A stretch of DNA of 64,000 bases from Trueperaceae bacterium (lineage in GTDB: Bacteria; Deinococcota; Deinococci; Deinococcales; Trueperaceae): the NCBI GenBank assembly GCA_965213925.1, contig OZ243927.1, positions 480,001 through 544,000 of the forward strand. Reading direction: 5' to 3'. Below, one piece after another: positions 1 to 10,277 of this stretch (its first letter is position 1; each line of letters starts with the position of its first letter). The notes below the pieces were generated by a model. The model saw nothing but the letters and a program-made list of their open reading frames with translations. It searched no databases and was not told the DNA's origin. The position numbers and the translations under genes are program-made.

Positions 1-2
1 AC

Positions 3-506
3 GTGCCCGACATCTTCAACCTCATCGGCACGTGGGCAGCGCAGGGCAAGATGCTGGTGCGACCCATGCCCAATATCTTCGAGAACTTGCGCGACTTTTA
101 CGTGGCAGAAGTCCAGGGCGAGAACGGTCCAGAGTTCGCAGGTAGCGCCGCCTTGCACATTCTCTGGGGCGACATCGCCGAGGTGCGCGGGCTCGCGGTG
201 AAGCCCGAGATCACGGGCGGCGGCATCGGCAAAAAGCTCGTCGCGGCGTGCGAGGGTGAAGCGCGGCGCATCGGCATTCCGACACTCTTCGCCTGGACGT
301 ACTCGGTTGAGTTTTTCGAGCGGTGCGGCTTTCACCTCATCGACAAGAGTAGAGACCTCCATCCGAGGGTGTGGTCTGAATGTCTGCGCTGTCCCTTTTT
401 CGTGGGTTGCAACGAGAACGGGATGATGAAGCGCTTAGAAGGGGTACCTGTCCCCAAAGATTTGCCCGTGCCACCGCCGACGCAAGTGCCGCCGGGGATA
501 GTTTGA
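3..506 (+). CDS. GNAT N-acetyltransferase, ArgA-like amino-acid acetyltransferase (5' end outside window)
   Basis: LHILWGDIAEVRGLAV, GGGIGKKLV acetyl-CoA loop, FFERCGF, and C-terminal WSECLRCP..C motif typical of short N-acetylglutamate synthases. Confidence 0.75.
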   Translation: MPDIFNLIGTWAAQGKMLVRPMPNIFENLRDFYVAEVQGENGPEFAGSAALHILWGDIAEVRGLAVKPEITGGGIGKKLVAACEGEARRIGIPTLFAWTYSVEFFERCGFHLIDKSRDLHPRVWSECLRCPFFVGCNENGMMKRLEGVPVPKDLPVPPPTQVPPGIV

Positions 507-611
507 GCAATGAGTTGAAAGCGTAGGTTAGAGCGAAGCTCAAAGGCTTTTAGCCTTCACCTAGTGAGCAATGAGTCTAAAACCTTTCACTCATTGCTCG
601 GTACTCGTTGC
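504..611. repeat. Palindromic intergenic repeat family A, copy 1
   Basis: GAGCAATGAGT...ACTCATTGCTC hairpin; shared with 8572-8729 and 43758-43867. Confidence 0.85.
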
Positions 612-720
612 CTTATCCCTTTATACTCCTGCACCAACAGGAGACCAGGACCCACCTATTCATGTAAAATCACAGCGTTACAGAACAGTCTTTACCGCGC
701 CCTCTGCGGTAGCCTATTTT

Positions 721-1323
721 ATGATCGACATTACCGGAAGCATCTACGTTTGCTATCACCGCGACGACCAAGAACACGTGGACACGTTCTTACAGGACTT
801 CGACCATCTCTACGGGCTCGCTGTGCGGCGTGAGGAAGATGAACTCGCTGAGGACATCCTGCGCGACAACGACAAACACAGTGTGATTCACAAAATCCGC
901 GAGCGTTACCTAGCTGACTCCGTTATTACGGTTGTGCTCATAGGACCTTGCACCTATACGCGCCGCGCGGTGGACCTAGAACTCATGGCGTCGCTCCATC
1001 ACGGCGGCGATGAGATGGCGGACCCGGACGAGGCAGACAGGTTGCCGAACGGTCTTCTAGGTATCATGCTCCCCAACTACAACAACGGGGGCTTTCCCGA
1101 TAGGTTAAACGAGAACTTGCAGGTTCCCGATAGGGGCACCCGGTCTTACGCCGAGGTCATCCCCTACCCGCAGAGTAAAGATGACCTCGCCGAAGCGCTC
1201 TCCGAGGTCGCGCGTGCCCGCACCGAGCGGCGCGACCTAGTCAACAACTCGCCCCACATGTTCAGCGAGAACAGGGCGTGCATCCCGCCCGAACCAGGGG
1301 AACAGTTCGCGACGAAGGAATAA
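721..1323 (+). CDS. TIR-domain protein (MTH538/DUF1863, ThsB-like)
   Basis: YVCYH..DQ, IRERYLADSVITVVLIG.CT..RRAVDLEL..SL, PNGLLGI.LP, PDRL.EN; ATG 721 preferred because the 571 start lies inside repeat A. Confidence 0.8.
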   Translation: MIDITGSIYVCYHRDDQEHVDTFLQDFDHLYGLAVRREEDELAEDILRDNDKHSVIHKIRERYLADSVITVVLIGPCTYTRRAVDLELMASLHHGGDEMADPDEADRLPNGLLGIMLPNYNNGGFPDRLNENLQVPDRGTRSYAEVIPYPQSKDDLAEALSEVARARTERRDLVNNSPHMFSENRACIPPEPGEQFATKE

Positions 1324-1386
1324 GTCGCAGTACAAGTTTGCATTGAAAGAGGCTCGAGCTTGTCTTTTGAGAACGCTCGAGCCTCT

Positions 1387-2001
1387 TCACTTTGCAACCG
1401 CCACCTCCCAAACGATCTTCTCACGCCCGTACCGAAATGTCGTCCGCTCTGCCATATCCAGCACGGTCCAGCCTGAGAGAAGCGCTGCTAAGTCCTCTTC
1501 GCCAAAGAAGCGCCGGGGAAGTCCGTCTACGAGATAGTAATTCTCCTCCAACCTCTTGCCCATAGTTCGACTTGCCAGACCTCTTACCGAGTTGAAACGA
1601 GCGAGCAAAAGACCATTCGGTTGCAAACAGCGGCGCACCTCTTGTGCAATCTCGAGCGTCACATCCCACGAGAAATAGTGAAGCGAAAGCCCCGCTACGA
1701 CGACGCTAAAAGAGGCGTTCGCGAATGGAAAGGGTGTTGAGAGGTCAAGCGGTTGCACCTCAGCTTTAGGTGCGGTGCGCCTCGTCAGACGTAACGCTTC
1801 TTTCGACAAGTCGGTAGCGAGAACGCGAAAGCCGCGCTCTGTCAGGAAACGAGCGTCTTGCCCCGCGCCGCAGCCAAGCTCCAAGACCTTCCCCTCACGC
1901 CTCACTTCTAAAAGACCCAGATAACGCGCTAACCAGGGATCGGCTCGGGTTAAATCCGCTTTGGCTCGAGCGTAAACCTCATCCCACCTTTGCACCTTCA
2001 C
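1387..2001 (-). CDS. Class I SAM-dependent methyltransferase
   Basis: VLELGCGAG motif I, ATDLS, SLHYF. Confidence 0.85.
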   Translation of the reverse strand: MKVQRWDEVYARAKADLTRADPWLARYLGLLEVRREGKVLELGCGAGQDARFLTERGFRVLATDLSKEALRLTRRTAPKAEVQPLDLSTPFPFANASFSVVVAGLSLHYFSWDVTLEIAQEVRRCLQPNGLLLARFNSVRGLASRTMGKRLEENYYLVDGLPRRFFGEEDLAALLSGWTVLDMAERTTFRYGREKIVWEVAVAK

Positions 2002-2086
2002 CCCTTTACAACGTGAGCATAGCCCCCTTACTTTCGACTACAATGATTGCACACTCCGTTCAGGGCAGCGCGAAAAGGAGACGCAC

Positions 2087-2518
2087 ATGATTTCGGTCAG
2101 GCAACTCTTAGACAAAAAGGGCTACGACGTCCTCTCGGTCCTCCCAAGCAACACCGTTTTTGAAACGATCACCAAGATGGCGGAGCGCGGCGTCGGCGCA
2201 CTGCTCGTCATCCGCGAGGAAAAGCTCGTCGGCATCGTGTCTGAGCGCGACTACGCCCGCAAGGTCATCTTGCAGGGGCGGCGCTCGCAGGAGACTACCG
2301 CCGAGGAAATCATGACGCCCGAGCCCTTCACGGTGACGCCTTCACAAACCGTCACCGAATGTATGGAACTCATGACCGAAAAGCGCATCCGCCACCTGCC
2401 CGTCGTCTCTGAGGGCAAGGTGATAGGCATCATCTCGATTGGCGACGTGGTGAAGTCGGTGATTTCGAATCAAGCGGCGATGATCGAGCAGTTGGAGACG
2501 TACATCACAAGAGGTTAA
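2087..2518 (+). CDS. CBS-pair domain protein
   Basis: LVGIVSERDY and IRHLPVV..GIISIGD; AGGAG RBS. Confidence 0.9.
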   Translation: MISVRQLLDKKGYDVLSVLPSNTVFETITKMAERGVGALLVIREEKLVGIVSERDYARKVILQGRRSQETTAEEIMTPEPFTVTPSQTVTECMELMTEKRIRHLPVVSEGKVIGIISIGDVVKSVISNQAAMIEQLETYITRG

Positions 2519-2525
2519 AGCAGGC

Positions 2526-2655
2526 CTGAGAGAGAAGGACTGAGAGAAAAGGACTGAGTGCTGAGTAAAATCCTCTACTTTTCCCTCAGTCCTCAGCTTC
2601 GCTGCTAGCGGGAGCGCCACGCGCGACAGCTAACGCGATCAGCACTCAGTCCTCC
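2526..2655. repeat. Short tandem/inverted heptamer-type repeat (GGACTGAG/TGCTGAG ... CTCAGTCC) with an inserted module
   Basis: GGACTGAG x2, TGCTGAG, then CTCAGTCCTCAGC and CAGCACTCAGTCC; contains GCTAGCGGGAGCG, also seen in other repeats. Confidence 0.7.
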
Positions 2656-2708
2656 CATCCTTTCCAATAACCAGACACGACTCACCCATAAAAGCAGTAC
2701 CATACCCT

Positions 2709-3029
2709 ATGGAATACACTCACCTCACCTTGGCGCGGCGCTTTTCGGACGAGAAGATGCAAAAAGTTCCGGTCTTCGAGACGCCTAAGATGTTTTTTGA
2801 CCAGTACTGTTTGCTGCCGGGGCAGTCGCAAAAGGTGCATAGCCATGAGGGTGAGGACAAGGTCTATCTCGTCTTGGAGGGTGAGGCGGTGTTCGACATC
2901 GGCGGCGAGCAGGAGATGCTGACCGAGGGAACCGCTGTGATTGCCCGCGCAGGCGTACCGCACGGCGTCCGCAACGACTCGGGCACGAAGCTCGTCTTGC
3001 TCGTAACGATGGCTCCAAGACCGCAATAA
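2709..3029 (+). CDS. Cupin-2 domain protein
   Basis: PGQSQKVHSH..EDKVYLVLEG and AGVPHGVRN cupin motifs. Confidence 0.85.
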   Translation: MEYTHLTLARRFSDEKMQKVPVFETPKMFFDQYCLLPGQSQKVHSHEGEDKVYLVLEGEAVFDIGGEQEMLTEGTAVIARAGVPHGVRNDSGTKLVLLVTMAPRPQ

Positions 3030-3031
3030 AG

Positions 3032-3451
3032 ATGGATGAGCCGGAGCTACAAGGCTTGCCCATTGACCACCTCGGCATTGCTGTCAAAGATTTAGAAGCG
3101 GCGAGCCGCCCCTATCGGCTACTCGGACTTCCGGTTGAGGGCGAAGACGAACATGTCAGATCGCAAGAGGTCAAGGTGCGAGCGCTTATAGCGCAGGGGA
3201 GTTTGTTGGAACTACTCGAGCCCACCTCCAGTGACAGCCCCATCGCCAAGTTTATCGAGAGACGCGGCGAAGGGCTTCACCACGTCGCCCTTAGAGTGGA
3301 TGACTTGGAAGAAGAGGTGGCGCGGCTCAGCGCGGAGGGCGCGCGCTTCATCAGTACCGAGCCCAGAGCGGGCAGAGCAAATACTCGGGTAGTTTTCTTA
3401 CACCCCAAGTGGGCGAATAGTGTACTGATAGAACTCGTAGAGCACCTTTAG
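3032..3451 (+). CDS. mce: Methylmalonyl-CoA epimerase
   Basis: IDHLGIAV, LELLEP, RGEGLHHVAL, FLHPK...VLIELVE. Confidence 0.85.
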   Translation: MDEPELQGLPIDHLGIAVKDLEAASRPYRLLGLPVEGEDEHVRSQEVKVRALIAQGSLLELLEPTSSDSPIAKFIERRGEGLHHVALRVDDLEEEVARLSAEGARFISTEPRAGRANTRVVFLHPKWANSVLIELVEHL

Positions 3452-3460
3452 AATAGCTGA

Positions 3461-3853
3461 GTGACCAAGTCGCCAACCTCTTATCTTCGCTATATCCCTG
3501 TCATCCTCTGGATGGCTCTGACGTTTTGGCTCTCGAGTTCTCCCGACATCCAGGGCGCGTCAGGTTGGATTGACCTGCGCCCGCCTCTCGATAAGGTCGC
3601 GCACGCGGTGAGCTTCGGGATACTCGCGCTGCTTTTCTACTTTGCGACGGGACGCGCCCTGCTCTCCGTCTTGTTAGCTTCGCTCTACGGTGTCACGGAC
3701 GAATTTCACCAGAGCCTCGTGCCAGAGCGCGACGCGGACCTTTTCGACTGGTTGGCGGATACATTGGGCGCGGCGTTGGCGGTGAGCGCCCTTTTGCTTC
3801 TAAACCGTTGGCGTCCCCTCTGGACGAAGAGGTGGACGAAAAAGCTACAATAG
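3461..3853 (+). CDS. VanZ-family membrane protein
   Basis: DKVAH, YGVTDEFHQSLVPER, DWLADTLG. Confidence 0.85.
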   Translation: MTKSPTSYLRYIPVILWMALTFWLSSSPDIQGASGWIDLRPPLDKVAHAVSFGILALLFYFATGRALLSVLLASLYGVTDEFHQSLVPERDADLFDWLADTLGAALAVSALLLLNRWRPLWTKRWTKKLQ

Positions 3854-3885
3854 CGCGTGACCTCCTTTAATAACTTCTTACTGAG

Positions 3886-4066
3886 TACACCGTCAGCCAA
3901 GTTTTGCAACACTGTTGTCACCCCGAGCTTGTCGAAGAATCTCGTCTTCCAATCTCGACTAGTCGAGATTGGAAGACGAGATTCTTCGACCCCACTTTGT
4001 GGAGTCTATCCTATAGCTCGCTGTAGGGCTCAGAATGACATGTTTCATTTTTTAGCTGACAGAGTA
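3886..4066. mobile_element. MITE-like element family B, copy 1
   Basis: TA-bounded imperfect TIRs TACACCGTCAGCCAA / TTAGCTGACAGAGTA; inner TGTCACCCCGAG...CTCAGAATGACA and a long perfect palindrome TCGAAGAATCTCGTCTTCCAATCTCGACTAGTCGAGATTGGAAGACGAGATTCTTCGA. Confidence 0.75.
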
Positions 4067-4083
4067 CTAAACTGGAGAATTCT

Positions 4084-4866
4084 ATGAAACTCGCCATCGT
4101 CGGTGCAGGAAAAATGGGCGGCGCGGTGCTTACAGGAGCGCTTAGAGCGGGCGTCTTGGAATCTCAAGATGTCGGCATCTACCACCCCGATGACGCTAGG
4201 CGAGACGCCTTAGCCGCCCAGTACGGCGTCTCGCCCCTCAGCGACGACGCCATTCACCACGCCGAGCGCGTCCTCGTCGCCGTCAAGCCGCAATCTTTCG
4301 ACGCCGTCGCCCCGCTCATCGCTCAGCGCAACGCCTCGTACATCTCGCTGATGGCGGGCGTCTCGGCGGAGACGATTGCCAAGCGCGTCGGCAGCAGCCG
4401 CGTGGTGCGGGCGATGCCGAACATGGGCGCGCGGGTCGGTCTCAGCGCGACGGCGCTCGCCGCGCTGCCGCAAGCAACGGGCGAAGACATCGAGATGGCG
4501 GAGAGGCTTTTTAACGCAGTCGGTACGGTTCATCAGATTCCAGAAAGACTTTTCGACGCTTTCACAGGTTTAGCGGGCTCCGGTCCAGCCTTCGCCGCCG
4601 TGTTCGCCGAAGCGCTGTCCGACGGCGGCGTGCGCGTCGGCTTCAGCCGCGATGTGGCGAGAGATTTAGCACGTCAAGTGATGGCGGCAACCGCTAAACT
4701 CTTAGAGGAAACCCCTCCCGCGAACCTCAAAGACGAGGTCTCGAGCCCCGGGGGAACCGCCATCACAGGCGTCACCGCTTTAGAAAAACACGGGCTGCGC
4801 TACGCCGCCATCCGCGCAGTAGAGGAGGCGAGCGCGAGAGCCCAAGCTCTCAGTAAGGAGAACTGA
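4084..4866 (+). CDS. proC: Pyrroline-5-carboxylate reductase
   Basis: GAGKMG, VAVKPQ, VVRAMPN, GSGPA, VSSPGGTAI. Confidence 0.95.
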   Translation: MKLAIVGAGKMGGAVLTGALRAGVLESQDVGIYHPDDARRDALAAQYGVSPLSDDAIHHAERVLVAVKPQSFDAVAPLIAQRNASYISLMAGVSAETIAKRVGSSRVVRAMPNMGARVGLSATALAALPQATGEDIEMAERLFNAVGTVHQIPERLFDAFTGLAGSGPAFAAVFAEALSDGGVRVGFSRDVARDLARQVMAATAKLLEETPPANLKDEVSSPGGTAITGVTALEKHGLRYAAIRAVEEASARAQALSKEN

Positions 4867-4868
4867 TC

Positions 4869-5426
4869 ATGCTTACGCGCACGCTTTTCGTTTTAGCGCT
4901 ACTCGTTACTAGCACCACTTTCGCCCAGAGCTACTTCCCGCACCGCGACGGCATGTCTTGGACGTACAGCAACGGCGAAACCCAGACCCTCAACGGTCCT
5001 GTAGAAATTGCAGGCGAAAAGGTCATGGTCTTGACGCACCTCTTAAACGGCAACGTCATCTCCAAGGACTACCTCGCCTACGACGACATCGGCGTCTTTT
5101 CCTACGGCACCGAAACGGGCGGACAAACCCTCCTCTACGACCCGCCCCTCACGCTCTACGCAGGCGACAGCTTGCGAGTCGGGCAGAGCTGGCAAAGTGC
5201 CACGAGCGTTGCGGGCTTCGATATCACCCTCGCTGCTGAAGTGCTCGGGATGCGCGGCGTGCGTACCGACTTGGGGCGCTTCAACGCTTTGCAAGTGCGT
5301 CAGCGCACCTTTACGAACACGGGCGCGCAAACGACGCTTGACCTCTACGTCGTACCGGGCGTGGGCGTCGTACGCTTTGAGACAGGAGACGGTACGGTAG
5401 TTGACTTGGTGGAGAAGAATTTCTGA
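4869..5426 (+). CDS. Conserved secreted hypothetical protein
   Basis: Signal peptide (..TFAQ), YFP..G.SWTY and YVVPGVGVVR motifs; coupled to proC. Confidence 0.75.
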   Translation: MLTRTLFVLALLVTSTTFAQSYFPHRDGMSWTYSNGETQTLNGPVEIAGEKVMVLTHLLNGNVISKDYLAYDDIGVFSYGTETGGQTLLYDPPLTLYAGDSLRVGQSWQSATSVAGFDITLAAEVLGMRGVRTDLGRFNALQVRQRTFTNTGAQTTLDLYVVPGVGVVRFETGDGTVVDLVEKNF

Positions 5427-5453
5427 CCTCTTGGTCGTTAGGGAGTTTTGGGA

Positions 5454-5483
5454 GGCTCGAGTCAGACTCGAGCCCTTTCTTTT
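5454..5483 (+). terminator. Intrinsic terminator whose stem is built from two CTCGAG sites
   Basis: GGCTCGAGTC-A-GACTCGAGCC followed by CTTTCTTTT, between convergent genes. Confidence 0.65.
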
Positions 5484-5706
5484 AGAAAATTCCGCCCCCC
5501 ACTGATAAACGCAACACTGCTAAGACCAGCGCAAAGATGCTCACATTGCGCCCGTTAGTGCGGTCACTGAGCAGTCCGAACACCACACCGATAACCGCGA
5601 TTCCTCCACCGATCCAGGCGAACACCGCGCCCACAATGGGGATGATAGCGGTTAGGACGATAAGGATGATGGCGATAATTCCGAAGATAATAGCAACAAC
5701 GTTCAT
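5482..5706 (-). CDS. Small (74 aa) multi-pass membrane protein
   Basis: MNVVAIIFG... with three hydrophobic segments ending GGGIF; ATG at 5706 preferred. Confidence 0.65.
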   Translation of the reverse strand: MNVVAIIFGIIAIILIVLTAIIPIVGAVFAWIGGGIAVIGVVFGLLSDRTNGRNVSIFALVLAVLRLSVGGGIF

Positions 5707-6067
5707 ACCTAGTTTTACCGCATCGGGATGAACGTTTGGGTTATAAAGGGTGCAGATAAGTGCCCACACTTCTTTAAGTTAAACCAGAAGAGCGACTTAA
5801 ACACTGCGCAAGACCGTAGAATCAGCAGCTCGAGCGCTCTAAGGCAGTTAAAACTAATTAGGTGCGAGTACTTAATGCGGGAAAGACTTATGAGCTTTTA
5901 CCTCTCGAGGCGAAAATTTTGAGTTTACGTAGCTTACTTGATTAACCCTAGCCCCACAATCCGCAAGCGAACACCCAATACCCGTTCATTAAGATGGTTT
6001 ATATTGAATGAGTCCAGACCTGGCAAGACTTTTCTCAGGAGCGCGACCGCTCCAGAAGGAGACACCT

Positions 6068-6532
6068 ATGAGACTCATTAGCTTAATCGCTCTTCTAAGC
6101 CTTTCGCTCAGCTTTGCGCAAGACACCACCGGCGGAGATATGACCGGCGGAGATATGACGGGTGGCGCGATGAGCGGAGACGCAGCCACCGTAGAGGTCA
6201 CGGAAGGTGACACGTTAGGCGAATTCTTGGTGGACGCAGAGGGAATGACTCTGTACCTCTTCACCAACGATAGCGAAGGGACCAGCAACTGCTACGACGG
6301 CTGCGCCGCAAGCTGGCCGCCCCTCCTTACCGACGGCGAGCCCGAGGCGGGCGACGGGGTAGACGCGGCGCTTCTAGGCACCACCGAGCGCACCGACGGC
6401 ACCACCCAAGTCACCTACAACGGTCTGCCGCTCTACTTCTTCGCGAGTGATCAGAGCGCCGGGGATACGAGCGGTCAAGGGGTTGGCGATGTTTGGTACG
6501 TCGTTTCGCCGGAAGGTGAGGCGGTTGAGTAG
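6068..6532 (+). CDS. Secreted repeat protein (COG4315 / Lipoprotein_15 repeats)
   Basis: GMTLYLFTND..SNCYDGCAASWPP and QVTYNGLPLYFF...GQGVGDVWYVV; AGGAGA RBS; TGGDM 15-bp tandem repeats. Confidence 0.85.
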   Translation: MRLISLIALLSLSLSFAQDTTGGDMTGGDMTGGAMSGDAATVEVTEGDTLGEFLVDAEGMTLYLFTNDSEGTSNCYDGCAASWPPLLTDGEPEAGDGVDAALLGTTERTDGTTQVTYNGLPLYFFASDQSAGDTSGQGVGDVWYVVSPEGEAVE

Positions 6533-6560
6533 GACTAAACAGTAGCTGCCGCAGTTTATA

Positions 6561-6606
6561 GAGGGCGAAGGGAGACGGATGTTTTCCTTCGCTCTTTTCT
6601 TTTTTG
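6561..6606 (+). terminator. Intrinsic terminator
   Basis: GAGGGCGAAGG...CCTTCGCTCT stem followed by a T-run. Confidence 0.6.
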
Positions 6607-6646
6607 AGGCTCGAGGCGAGAGAGATTGTGAGACTCGAGGACAAAG

Positions 6647-7039
6647 GTGACTCGAATAGAAAGAGCGCGTGTAACTGACACCGCTGAACAACAGGTCATG
6701 ACGACTGAAAGGCGCTGGGTGCAAGCCCACCGAGACCTCAACACTGCCGATATCGAGTTCCTTTTAGACGAGGACTATAAGCGCGTCGAAGGGTCTAAGG
6801 TCGTGAGCAAGGGAAACGTTGTGGCGTCTTACAAATCGGGTCACAGACGTTGGGAAGTTGCCGAAGGAAGCGACTACTCGGTTCAGGTATTTGATGGCTT
6901 CGCAGTCGTCGTAGGCGTGTGGCGCGGAGTCGGCGTCAACCACGACGAGCGGTTCGATTACCGCGCACGCTTTTTAAGCCTCTACGTCAAGCGCCAAGAG
7001 GGTTGGAAACTCTACCGAGACGAAGTGTTTGAACTCTGA
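6647..7039 (+). CDS. NTF2-like (DUF4440/SnoaL-type) protein
   Basis: ERRWVQA..D...LLDEDY, AVVVG, YVKRQEGWKL pattern. Confidence 0.75.
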   Translation: MTRIERARVTDTAEQQVMTTERRWVQAHRDLNTADIEFLLDEDYKRVEGSKVVSKGNVVASYKSGHRRWEVAEGSDYSVQVFDGFAVVVGVWRGVGVNHDERFDYRARFLSLYVKRQEGWKLYRDEVFEL

Positions 7040-7297
7040 TTGAGATGGGGGAGGTTTTGGGGCTCGAGTGCGAGAGCTTTGCCGAGAAAAAGAACTAAAA
7101 AGGAATGAATACCCTCGGTTTCCTCGAACTCATAAGTTTTTAGAATATCAACTATAGCAGGTATCATCTGGTTTGAGCCAATCTCACGTGGTAGAACACC
7201 CTCTAGCACGCACATTCGGTGATGATATCTGCGTGATTCAAGCTCAGTAGTTGTGATAATTGCTCAACTCGAGGTAACGGCATGTTATTAGATGATA

Positions 7298-8708
<1,411 letters not shown>

Positions 8709-8729
<21 letters not shown>

Positions 8730-9413
8730 GTCTTTACCTAATCGCTCAACTATAGAAGGCTCAGAGAGATTTTCATTATTCACTATAACTGTCGCGTACT
8801 CCTTCGGCTTACACGCCCGCAGATACAACGTTTGTCCCTCTACATAGCGGCGATTTTCAGGCGCGTGCGGGTCAGGCGAGCCTTCACCTCTTTGCGCACC
8901 TCTCGGGATAGACGTTGCAAAGTCAACCTCCAAAAAGATGGAGAAGTCCCAGTAATCCCTAAGCTCAGGGCGGTGCAAGAAGATACCGTCTACGATGAGG
9001 ATGGCGTTGGGCGCGGCTCGCTCCTCCGGCATCTCAACCGGTAAGTCTGAGCGGTGGTCAAAAACGGCGGTGCGGTAGCGCCCCATGCCCCCCGGACTGA
9101 GCGGGTCTAGGAGGGCAGCTTTGAGTGCAGGATAGTCGTAAGAATCGCGGAAGAAACCTTCGGGTGAGTCTTTTCCGAGACGGTAGCGTGTAGATTTGGG
9201 ATGGTGAAAGCCGTCCACTGAAGCGGTGATAAGAGGTCTACCGGATGCGCTCAAAACCTGCGCTAGCTCTCCACTAAAGGTCGTCTTACCCGCGCCGTCC
9301 ACACCGTCGATGCCGATTTTGAGGGTGCGATCTGTAGGCAACGCTAAAATTCTAGCGGCGAGACTCTGAAGAAGGTCTGAGCGTGTTGAGGCGGGGTTGG
9401 CTCGAGCGTTCAT
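8709..9413 (-). CDS. Uridine kinase-like P-loop kinase
   Basis: IGIDGVDGAGKTT, SVDGFH, LIVDGIFL, RRYVEGQ. Confidence 0.8.
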
Positions 9414-9504
9414 CACCTCAAGCTTATCAAGCTTTACCACTTCCGCGTCTAAGAAACCTATTCTTCGTCACTTAATCTAGGCGGCGAAGCGTGATATTTT
9501 TGGA

Positions 9505-10209
9505 GTGGAGGCTAACGTGACCTTACGTACAATTTTGAGGTGCGTCGCGCTCGGTACGATCATCGGCGCGGGCGTAACTGCCTTTCAACCTGCTAAAGAG
9601 CTTGACATCGTACCAAAGGCAACCGTCAAGGTGAAACGATTTGTTAAACTTCATATGTCCCCTCGAGCGACCCTCAGGGATGAACCGCGCAGCTACACCT
9701 TCGAGCGGCACGGTCCTCCCGTGAAGCCGAGCTTCGTGCTGCGGGCGACAGGGTATAATTCGCTCGAGTCGCAAACCGACGACACGCCTTTTATCACCGC
9801 TATAGGCTCACGAACGCGCCCCGGCATCATCGCGATTAGCCGCGACCTCTTGGCGGGCAGCATCCCGTACGGTTCGCTCGTGCGCCTCAAAGATTTGGGC
9901 GGCTACTACGGCGGCGGCTACGGCAAGTTTCAAGACAAGCTGGACGCACAAGGGCTTTTTGTCGTCGAGGACACGCTCCATAGGCGCAAAACGCAACAAG
10001 TCGACGTGTGGTTCGAGTCGTACTACGAAGCGTTGCAGTGGGGTATCCGCAAGGTGGAAGTCGAACTCGTGCGGCATGGTTGGGACGGCGCAACGCTCGA
10101 CCATCCCGAGGTAGCGGCGATTTCGGTCGTTCCGGTGCTAAAAAATAGCAGGTCAGCAGGTCAGCAGGTCAGCCAGTTTCATTCTGAAGACTCCGTGACA
10201 GGTTTCTAG
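9505..10209 (+). CDS. 3D-domain (peptidoglycan-associated) protein
   Basis: ATGYNS..QTD.TPFITA, AISRDLL, IPYGS, VEDT...VDVWF; N-terminal hydrophobic segment. Confidence 0.8.
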   Translation: MEANVTLRTILRCVALGTIIGAGVTAFQPAKELDIVPKATVKVKRFVKLHMSPRATLRDEPRSYTFERHGPPVKPSFVLRATGYNSLESQTDDTPFITAIGSRTRPGIIAISRDLLAGSIPYGSLVRLKDLGGYYGGGYGKFQDKLDAQGLFVVEDTLHRRKTQQVDVWFESYYEALQWGIRKVEVELVRHGWDGATLDHPEVAAISVVPVLKNSRSAGQQVSQFHSEDSVTGF

Positions 10210-10248
10210 TCTTTCCTGACCCGCTGAGATGCTGACTGGCTGACTAGC
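10148..10248. repeat. Heptamer tandem/inverted repeat (GCAGGTCA / GCTGACT) overlapping a gene 3' end
   Basis: CAGGTCAG tandem x3, then GCTGACTGGCTGACTAGC. Confidence 0.65.
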
Positions 10249-10277
10249 TCTAAAAAATCCGCACGATAAACTGAACT

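Noticed and set aside
571..720. N-terminal extension of the TIR ORF
   Set aside because: Its ATG lies in repeat family A; TIR similarity begins after 721
3857..4087. 76-aa ORF upstream of proC
   Set aside because: It spans MITE copy 1 and is a by-product of the repeat
7012..7215. AT-rich 67-aa ORF downstream of tgt
   Set aside because: No recognisable motif or RBS, and it overlaps the convergent gene; at most an unassignable remnant
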